A stretch of 44,265 nt of DNA, the filler included, from Catajapyx aquilonaris (lineage: Eukaryota): the NCBI GenBank assembly GCA_000934665.2. It is 2 parts of 2 records of this genome, joined end to end, with 100 filler letters (N's around TTAATTAATTAA, not from the genome) between each part and the next. Parts side by side here need not be neighbours in the genome. Positions count along the whole stretch, not along the records: positions 22,197 to 44,265 come from JYFJ02005925.1; 1 more part is not named here. One strand, written 5' to 3'. The notes beneath the pieces are model-generated. The model saw only the letters and a program-made list of their open reading frames with translations. It was not told the DNA's origin and made no database searches. The position numbers and the translations under genes were made by a program. Positions 24,876 through 33,357 of this stretch are shown piece after piece. Within the stretch, counting starts at the first letter, position 1. Every line of letters begins with the position of its first letter.

Positions 24876-25133
24876 CAGGGTGTGATAGGTCAGAAGGGCG
24901 TATGAGCCTGTAAGGGAATTTTACATGAGAGGGAAAAAACGTTTCATTATTTCAATATTCATTATAATTTTGCAACTTTTTTGTGCAGCAAACACACGTT
25001 TCAATGCAGATAAGATGTGTGCTGCACAAAAAAGTTACAAAATTATAATGAATATTGAAATAATGAAACGGTTTTTCCCTCTCATGTAAAATTCCCTTAC
25101 AGGCTCATACGCCCTTCTGACCTGTCACCCTCG
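24876..25133. mobile_element. Palindromic MITE (about 115-bp arms) inside older inverted repeats
   Basis: GGTCAGAAGGGCGTATGAGCCTGTAAGGGAATTTTACATGAGAGGG ... TGTGCAGCA is mirrored at 25020-25130; outer IR pairs at about 24655-24690/25285-25325 and 24295-24337/24505-24548. Confidence 0.85.
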
Positions 25134-26429
25134 TCATGGGATCCATGTGTGAGTACCCCTTGGAGGGTTTGATGGAAGAGAGCTGTTGCACTCACACAAC
25201 AAAAAAAGTGATCGGTGTCAGTCCTTGGTCGATATTGTGTTGTTTGGAATTGGGGAGAGGATGCGATAGGGGCAGAGCTTCCAGTCAAAAGTGGGAGGTT
25301 CCAGAAATGCATACTTGGATGGCAGTTGCCTATGATATTCGACCAAAACACGTAATTTATCTGAACAGCGAATTATAATGAATTACTTATTAGGAACTTC
25401 CCATTGGAACAGCTGTAATTGAAAGTCAATAATGGAAGAACATGTTTTTGTAGGTTTTAAAGAGAATGGGTCCACACAACCTAAAATTAGCAGCTAAAAC
25501 TTTCCATAACCACTAAATGTAACTATATGAAAATAACCGCATAAAATAGTGCCAAAAATCATTGTATAATGATCAACATGCAAGGCTTTAATTTGAGATC
25601 AGGTATTCAGAATATATGAACTTGTTTTGTTAAGATTTTGTGTGTTTAAAGTGTACCTGGGGGGAAAAAGTGTCTACATGTACTGCCACACCCAAACTTA
25701 CCTCAATGGATTGTTCCGCAACATTATATGTAAGCCAGGGACTTCTGTGTTGATAATTGATTGTTGGGAAATGTTGGTCCATTGTTGGACGTGGCTAATC
25801 AAAAATTGTTTTAAATACCATAAGTTATTCTAGTTTTATATGCTCCAGCCTATGGAGCACTTTTGTATTAGCCCTTACTAGCTGAAAGAACAGACGAAAA
25901 CATATTTGTATGGGAAGTACTGTCTGTTAAAGTTGTTTTTTATGTTGTTTTTTTTTCTGTAGATTTCACATTTGGCAAGTGTGTTTGTGTTCCTACATGC
26001 TCAGGTTTTGGCTCAAGGAGTCCACTGGTCACAGGATGACCTACTGTAGTAAGAAACACCCTCCATGTAGCAACATGAATCCATCAGGAAATGTGTATAG
26101 GATTATCATGAATCTCAAACTGGAATTTCCTGTCATATTCCAAGTTGTGACTTTATGCCAGGCTATTTTCGCAATCCTTTAAATGTGCCTTGAATGTAGG
26201 GTACTGTTATTTTGGACTGCCACTTTAATAAAATAGTCCTGTGAATAGATTCAGCCAAGACCCCATCTTGACTGCACATGGGATGTGATGGTCAGAATAT
26301 GTAGAAGAATATCTATTATTGCTTCAACCAAAAAATAGTGACTGTCACATATGGAATTAATAAGTACTATTCTCAGGATGAATAAACTCTGGTTAACCAT
26401 TACATTCCATTTGTTCATCAGAGATTATA

Positions 26430-26556
26430 CAGGAAGTCCTCAGGTTACGAAAAGGTATAAGCTCCTTGAACGTCTCTAGGTTGGCTGTAGGTCTGTAGCC
26501 CATTTGTAGGAATGGAACTGTGAAAGTCTGGTTGTTCATAACCTGGGGACTTCCTT
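26430..26556. mobile_element. Short Tigger-type MITE (same family as 32051-32398)
   Basis: TA|CAGGAAGTCCTCAGGTTACGAA ... GTTCATAACCTGGGGACTTCCTT|TA. Confidence 0.7.
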
Positions 26557-26679
26557 TACATTTTATCTACAGGTGACATTTTGGTATTAGGCTCTACCTC
26601 ATGATTGTGTGCATGGTCTGTCTGTTACAATATTGCACTGGTAGTTTGGGTTTTGCCATGGTTACTTGCAGTTTAAACC

Positions 26680-26971
26680 CAAAGAGTTTTGCTATTATAT
26701 AATATAATACCTAGAGGAGGCACTCGGGCTGAAATGTGAGGCAGGCAACAATGCAGGCAACAATATTACCTCCAACAAGATGGCGGACGCCTGACATTAT
26801 TGAACTAATTGTCGCCCAGTTGTCATTATTGGTTGTTGTCCCAGTTGCTAGACAACTGTTAGAACAACAATATTACCTCCAACAAGATGGCGGCTGCCTC
26901 AGCCTGTCTAATGGAAAAGGATAGGGAGTACCTCCTCTAGGTATTATATTATATAATAGCAGAACTCTTTG
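26680..26971. mobile_element. hAT-type MITE (8-bp TSD TTTAAACC); related copies at 26979-27590 and 28315-28946
   Basis: TIR CAAAGAGTT(T/C)TGCTATTATATAATATAATACCTAGAGGAGG; TTTAAACC at 26672-26679 and 26972-26979. Confidence 0.75.
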
Positions 26972-26998
26972 TTTAAACCAAATAGTTCTGCTATAATA

Positions 26999-27468
26999 CA
27001 GGGTGTCCCTTACTAGGCGCCCTTCCATCCGGTAGTGCACTCATTGGCCCAAAAACAAGTCGTAAATGTAGGGAGGAGAAATGTCGAGGCAGTAACCGGT
27101 AACGAGATAAACGATGATCAAGATGAGGTCGCCCCTAAGACAATCGCTGCCACCCATCCACCGGCTTTTGTGCAGGAGGAGCAGCAATCGGTTTAGCAAG
27201 GTCGTCTCGTGCTCAGGGCGCAATGTCGGGTTCATATTCTGCCCCCTAGGCAACCCCTACACGTGAGGGAGTCGAACCGATTGCCGCTCCTCCCGCACAA
27301 AAGCCGGTGGGTGGGTGGCCGCGATTGTTTTAGGGGCGACTTCATCTTGATCATCGTTTATCTCGTTACCAGTTACTGCCTCGACATTTCTCCTCCCTAC
27401 ATTTACAACTTGGTTTGGGCCAATGAGTGCACTACCGGACGGAAGGGCGACTAGTAAGGGACACCCTG
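26999..27468. mobile_element. Palindromic Tc1/mariner-type MITE (CAGGGTGTCCCTTACTAG family)
   Basis: TA TSD and near-perfect arms of about 195 bp; degenerate relatives at about 23065-23755, 38615-38920, 41180-41458 and 42630-42996. Confidence 0.9.
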
Positions 27469-27594
27469 TATACATATCTAGAGAAATGACTCCCTGTCCT
27501 TTCCCCTTTCCCTGGCTGAGGCAACATGCAGCCACCATCTTTACTTGAGTCAAGATCGATTGTTGACACTTTTTATTTCTATGAAGTTCCATGG

Positions 27595-28314
27595 AGGTGC
27601 CATCGCATAGCAAAAGAAGGTCCCATTTTAAAAACTCTATAACTCAAAAACTTCCAGACATATCTGAATGGTTTAAGTTTTGAAATAACTTACTAAGGAA
27701 GGTCTGAAGTTTTGGTTTCGGCTTAGTTCGTTTCAATATGTGCTTCATTTGTCACTTGGCAGATAAAAAAGGAGGTATATGGTCTCGAGCCCAACCGGCA
27801 CAATGACATTTGGGGTCACTGTTGCAATCCTATCCTGTAGGTGCTGGATATCTCTGATATTTACACCACAGACATTGTTCTTGATGATTCAAATAAAAAA
27901 GTGGCCTCATCCATGAAATAAACCTGCCATAGAAACATTTCATTTGTTCAGCCTCCCAGTGTGAGAAGTCTTCAATGAGAAGTTTCCCAATGCCTAGCCC
28001 CTCCAGAAGCCCATATTTTACCCCAATGGACTTTTTGTAGAGATGCATGTATGGTGAAAAGATTCGGCATCTCCAGCACCTACAGGAAAAGATTTCAACG
28101 GTAACGCTAGACATGCCTGAGAGGGTTAGGCACGACACTGATTACCTTATTTACATTTTTTGAGCTACAAATGGAGCTCATATCGAAACAAACTATGGTA
28201 AGACCGAAACCTTAGACATTTGTTAACATTCCAAAACTGAAATCATTTAGACATGTCTACAGATTTTTGAGGTATAGGGTTTGAAAAATGGGACATTCTT
28301 TTTCGATGACCCTG
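27595..28314. mobile_element. Foldback derivative of a Tc1/mariner (rosa/DD41D-like) element made of two inverted 3' ends
   Basis: Plus 27995-28190 reads PSRSPYFTPMDFL* ... KIRHLQHLQEKI ... VTLDM ... ATNGAHIE; the minus strand of the left arm reads NIRDIQHLQDRIATVT ... VTNEAHIE; the right end is GACCCTG|TA. Confidence 0.75.
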
Positions 28315-28448
28315 TATAATACCTAGAGGAAGTACTCCCTATCCTTTTCCATTAGCCAGGCTGAGGCATCTAGGTCATATTGTTGTTCTGACAGTTGTCT
28401 AGCAACTGGGACAACAACCAATACCGTAATGACAACACTGGGACAACA

Positions 28449-28798
28449 TTTTTTTTTTTACGTTACCCCGTGATAGGGCCCGAGGCCCTTATAGGGGGGT
28501 AAAATACCACCATTTTTCCTTCAATTTTTCTGATTTTTCTTCTAACTCCGGTGCAAGGATGAAAGGACATGGGGTAGGGATGGGGATTTTTTGGGGAGGG
28601 AACATGGGTGCAAGTGCAGTGTCAGTAAAAGGGTCATGTGCTGTTCCCCAGGAGGTTAGGTTGCCAGACACCTCCTAGGTGCAGGTCAGAGACCCTCCTG
28701 ACGCAGGTGAAAGGAAAGTACCCCAGGCGGGGATCGAACCTGGGGCCTTTCACTCAGCAAGCCGAGACGTTACCATCTCGGCCATCTACACCTCCCCT
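28449..28798 (-). mobile_element. tRNA-derived SINE, head type B, poly(A) tail
   Basis: Head GGGGAGGTGTAGATGGCCGAGATGGTAACG ... GGTTCGATCCC; TSD CTGGGACAACA (28438-28448 and 28799-28809). Confidence 0.88.
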
Positions 28799-29095
28799 CT
28801 GGGACAACAATTAGTCCAATAATGTTAGGTGTCCGCCATATTTACTTGGGTCATATTTTTGCCTGCCTGACCGTTTACCCCGAGTGCTCTTTCTAGGTAT
28901 TATATACAGTCACTCTTGATACAGTATATTATAGCAGAACTCTTTGCGGACGCCTGCCTCATGTTTTACCCCAAATCGTTTCTCTAAGTTTATTTTGCAG
29001 AACTCTTAGGTTAGGTTAGAACTTATCATAAAGGGAATTGCAATAAGTTACCAAGTTAATGGCCTATTTCCACTGCAGTATTGGACTGGACAGAT

Positions 29096-29337
29096 CAGCC
29101 CCCAGTCACTCCCTATACCAGTACATTGCTACGCCCGTGAGCGTAGCTGATCTCCCCCACCGAGGGGGGTTGGCCACGGACGGCGCTAGAGTCAAGTGCC
29201 TAGATGGTGATGCCTTACCTAGCGGCCAACTCTTAACCATTTTGGTTGACTCTGACTGGCTGGGGTAGTATAGGAGGCCTTTACTACTCCAGCCAATCGG
29301 AGTCAACCTAAATGGTTCAGAGTTGGCAGCTAGGTAA
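29096..29337. mobile_element. Truncated copy of the hAT palindromic MITE at 36509-37263
   Basis: CAGCCCCCAGTCACTCCCTATACCAGTACATTGCTA ... GGCGCTAGAGTCAAGTGCC ... CTAGGTAA matches 36509-36767. Confidence 0.8.
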
Positions 29338-29437
29338 AGGCCCATACACACTGCGCTTGTTTACATGAGTCATGATTGGTCCGCAGCGTCAATACAACCA
29401 AAGACCAAAACCGTCGACGGCCTGTGTGTATGGGCCT
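29338..29437. mobile_element. 100-bp Harbinger-like MITE
   Basis: TIR AGGCCCATACACA; flanks TAA and TGA. Confidence 0.65.
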
Positions 29438-29665
29438 TGACATGTCGTTGATTCCAGGAAAAGTTTTAAAATCGCACATTTTTGAGTCTAAATGCCCGAA
29501 ATTGAGGATTTTTTGTTTTTTTTACATTGTTGTCTCATCTACGGCCATTGTTACCACGACAACAGATGGTGCTCCTGTCCTCCCCAAATAACCATTCCAT
29601 AATCAACAAACAAAACCATGGAACACTGCCCCTTGGTATAGGGTTCCACAGATGTGAACTATTCC

Positions 29666-30013
29666 GGGGAGGTGTGGTGGCCGAGATGGTAACGTCTCGG
29701 CTTGCTGAGTGAAAGGCCCCAGGTTCGATCCCCGCCTGGGGAACTTCCTTTCACCTGCGTCGGGAGGGTCTCTGACCTGCACCAAGGAGGTGTCTGGCAA
29801 CCTAACCTCCTGGGGGACTGCACATGGCGTTTGAGACATTGCACTTGCACAAGTGTCCCCTCCCCAGCAATCCTTATCCTTACCCAATCTCCTTGATTCC
29901 TTGCACCGGAGTAAAGTTAAGAGGAAAAAATTGGAAAATAAAGGTTCACATGCGATATACCCCGTAAGGGGTGAAAGCATTACCCACAATTTATTATATT
30001 TATTATTATTATT
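29666..30013 (+). mobile_element. tRNA-derived SINE, head type B, (TAT)n tail
   Basis: A box TGGCCGAGATGG, B box GGTTCGATCCC; TSD AGATGTGAACTATTCC (29650-29665 and 30014-30029). Confidence 0.9.
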
Positions 30014-30201
30014 AGATGTGAACTATTCCTGCAGCGAGAGCGACCAGAACGGGCATTCCACATTCCGTCCCAGTCCACAGAACAGAACAGAACTGGTACA
30101 GGTCTCACTGTCAGTCAGACTTGGAGTCCATAGAGGTCAGTTGGCAATACAGACATCTCTTTACTCATCAATCCTGCTCCAACTAAACCCTCATGTAACG
30201 A

Positions 30202-30874
30202 CACTGTAAAAAAGGAGCTTGCCAGCAAATCCAGATAAATCCACTCCGGGTCGAAAATAATCTGGATACGCTGGAAACATGCTTCACCCAATGCCTTTCT
30301 ATTGACATGAAGTTGCAAGTGAAACCAGACATTTACACCGAATGCGAGCCGTGGGAAAATTGCCCTTTCAAGCAGACCCGGATATATCCGAAAGTGGTTT
30401 CCAAGCAAAAGCATATAAATCAAGTGCACATAAAGCTAATGCCATAATTTTAATGCAAAATCAGATATGTCCATTTTTGGCGGTGCCATGCCTCAACAAT
30501 CACCATACCGATATATGGTGATTCTTGAGATGGGGCATTGTTAAAAGATGGATATATACAATTGTTTCTGCAATCATAATGGCAACCCCGATAGCATACT
30601 GCACATCTAGTTTCCAAGCAAAAGCAAATTAGTCTCAATTCACATATAGCTGATTTTCATGCAAAATCAGATGTATCCATTTTTAACAATGCCCTACCTC
30701 CACAATCACCATACATTGAAGTAAAACAATTGTGTCTACATAATGGCAACCCCTGTAGCATATTGCACATGACAACTTCAATCTCACTTTTGCCACCAGA
30801 ATTGAGAAATCACTTATTGGCTCCTCCTGAAAAATGGCAAATTGTGGATTTATCTGGATTTGCTGGCAAGCTCC
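30202..30874. mobile_element. TIR element beginning CACTGTAAAAAA (CACTA/EnSpm-like) with internal about 205-bp tandem units
   Basis: 31-bp IR GGAGCTTGCCAGCAAATCCAGATAAATCCAC (30214-30244 and 30844-30874); duplicated TTCCAAGCAAAAGCA, ATGCAAAATCAGAT, ACAATCACCATAC and CATAATGGCAACCCC. Confidence 0.65.
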
Positions 30875-31229
30875 TCAAATATAACACTATGCAACACGAT
30901 ACTTGTCCATAGAAATTCATCGTCATATTCATGTAGTGAAGATGATGATGATGATGAATGTTGCTGACAGGGAATCAATATATGCTAGCTGGCCACAGAA
31001 ATTTTGCTTGAAGTATTTATTAGCGTCATCTTAGTATGCTAAAAAACAAATGTCCGATTCATCCTGCAAAGTGCAAACAGACTACATCTAAGAAAGAACA
31101 AAATAATTCCACTCTCAGCGTACGTTTTTAAAAGTTGATCCCCACTTATGTACACAGTGCTGTACAAGACAATACAGAATTAAGTGTTATGCACCACATT
31201 ACTGAGGATAATATTTGTCGAGACATACT

Positions 31230-31513
31230 GGGTTCAGTGGGGCTTAACGTCGGCCTATTTCTGCCTCTAAGGCACAACACCGACGCCAGGGGGTGGTCCT
31301 CCTCCTGGAAATTTGGCCACTCTGGGGATCTTTAACGTGCACTCGTGCAATGTCACAAGCACACGGGACCGACGCCTTTACTTCTCCTCCGAGGAAGGCG
31401 TACTCTCACTTTTCTACCACCCGGAGAAAAGTCACCAACCTCGGCCGGGTTCGAACCCACAACCTTGGGACCAGAGGCAAGCGCGCTAACCACTAGTCCA
31501 CCAAGGCCGGCTG
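31230..31513 (-). mobile_element. tRNA-derived SINE, type C (Meta/Ruka-like body)
   Basis: A box TGGACTAGTGG, B box GGTTCGAACCC; TSD TTGTCGAGACATACT (31215-31229 and 31514-31528); body GTGCACGTTAAAGATCCCCAG ... GACGTTAAGCCCC. Confidence 0.85.
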
Positions 31514-31528
31514 TTGTCGAGACATACT

Positions 31529-31799
31529 CTCCAATTCACATAAGTCCGAAATTTTTGGATATACATACGTACGCCCAAGGGCGTTAGCCTCGGCAAAATT
31601 AGTCCCCGGTATCTATGGCTTTCTTGAAGAAACAGTGCTGGTACATGTAATTCAAATGCCTAATTATCATGGGCAGCCCATGCGGTAGCTGCAGTGCTAT
31701 ACACAAACTGCACATTTTGTTGTGAGGAGCGGTAGGCCCCAGCATGGGGGCACTACTTTCGGGTGTATCCAAAAAGGTTCAGACTTATGTGAATTGGAG
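31529..31799. mobile_element. Tc1/mariner-type MITE
   Basis: TIR CTCCAATTCACATAAGTC(C/T)GAA ... TTTTTGGATA, with TA next to both ends. Confidence 0.8.
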
Positions 31800-32050
31800 T
31801 ATAAATGCTTCCAATCACATGTGCAAGTTTGACATATATCATTGTAAATTATTGCAAACTATGTTCGCAAAATCTGACATTATCTTGCACAGAAACATTA
31901 TGCTCTTGCATTTTTTATCATGGTTTGGAAAGAATGTCACCAAAGCAAGCACCACTTTCATGAGTTACTTTGATATTCTCAGGCTGAGGTCATGCTTGCA
32001 TGATGGTTCATTACTTCCATGGCTCAGATCATCAGTCATTATTATTATTA

Positions 32051-32398
32051 CAGGAAGTCCCCCGGTCTACGAACAAGGTTACGTTCCTGAAAATGTCAGT
32101 AAGTTGGATTTGTACGTAACTTAGGATCACTGTCGAGGAACAGAGCATATACATATACTCATATAGAGCATAAAGATGCTGCTCCAAAGACTTGCTTACC
32201 TCATTTGTGTTTGAAGTTTACACACGCAGAAGAACGTAGTTTCTCAATTATTTATATTTCTGTTGAACTTGGTGTCAGTCTACATATGCAGAAGTGATTG
32301 AACGTAGAGGAATAATTATTATAAATCATCCTTATAGAGAGCCTTATTGGGAGTCCATTCGTAAAGTAATTTGTCGTTCATAAACCTGGGGTTTCTTG
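32051..32398. mobile_element. Tigger-type MITE inserted into the zinc-finger relic
   Basis: TA|CAGGAAGTCCCCGGTCTACGAAC ... GTTCATAAACCTGGGGTTTCTTG|TA. Confidence 0.75.
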
Positions 32399-32400
32399 TA

Positions 32401-32755
32401 TTACACTCGTCTGTGTTCCAGTATGAATTCACATGTGATATTTCAAAATATTTGGACTGCGAAATTTTTCCTGGCACACCTCACAATGAAATGGCCTCTC
32501 TTCAGTATGAATTCGCATGTGAGTTTTCAAATACCTTGCAGTAAGCAATGTCTTCAGGCAAATATGACAGCGATGCTTTTCACTGTGAGTTAACTTGTGA
32601 ATTTCCTATATTCATGCAGATGAGTACGGTACGAAATACGCTCGTAAGTTCTTGCATATTTTGCATGCATGTGGATTTCTTATTGTAGTGCTTCTTGTTC
32701 TTTCCTTTTGGATTCCGCCCTTTTCTCCTCCACCTTCAGCTGTATCTTGCACTAT
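32401..32755 (-). pseudogene. Decayed C2H2 zinc-finger gene fragment (3 fingers)
   Basis: One minus frame reads NPHACKICKNLRAYFVPYSSA*I*EIHKLTHSEKHRCHICLKTLLTARYLKTHMRIHTEERPFHCEVCQEKFRSPNILKYHM*IHTG: C2H2 spacing, an HTEERPF linker, three in-frame stops, cut at 32398 by a MITE. Confidence 0.8.
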
Positions 32756-33068
32756 CTCAAACGTGAATCAAGTTTAGTGCATTTTATATCACAATTTCAG
32801 CATGATTAGCCTACTATATATAATTATAATACCGCGCTAATAAGAGAGGTCGTGCTGGCAAACATTATAAAATTACATTCTTCAAGGTGATACCAGCTCT
32901 TGGTGATACTCATCATGATAGCAGATGGAGTTAAAGGAGAAATATTAGGTTGCCTAAATTAATTGTTAGTTTTGTTAGACAGCTCATACTAAGCCTTGCT
33001 CATACCAGGCAAAACCGTGGGGAAACCATGCTCGGCCAATGGTAAATTTTTGCTAACGTTCGACCGTC

Positions 33069-33082
33069 CTGCCATCTAGCGG
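33069..33082 (-). promoter_or_regulatory. CTCF-like motif upstream of CDK9
   Basis: Minus strand CCGCTAGATGGCAG fits the CTCF core CCRSYAGRKGGCRS; 276 nt upstream of the CDK9 ATG in a CpG-richer promoter region. Confidence 0.5.
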
Positions 33083-33357
33083 ACCATCATAGCCTAGGCC
33101 AAGCCATATCACTCGGCAATTAACTTTCAGAAAGGAAGGTGCTGTTGAGGCAATAATAGGCAATAGGACTCGGCCCGCTTAAGTGGTACAGCCGTGGGTA
33201 CAGCTGACAGCCTGACACACAGGCTGACAGCTCCGGAACTATCCGTTCCGTTCAATTGTTTGTTTATTGTTTATTGCGATTTAGTTCTGTGCAAAGATAC
33301 TAAGCATCTTTGGTTCTGAGAACAGGTCCTGAGGGTTTAGTCGCGTTCTTTGTAAAG

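Noticed and set aside
30115..30429. 104-aa minus ORF as a possible C1D exon or reverse transcriptase fragment
   Set aside because: No C1D or RT motifs; overlaps the terminus of a TIR element.
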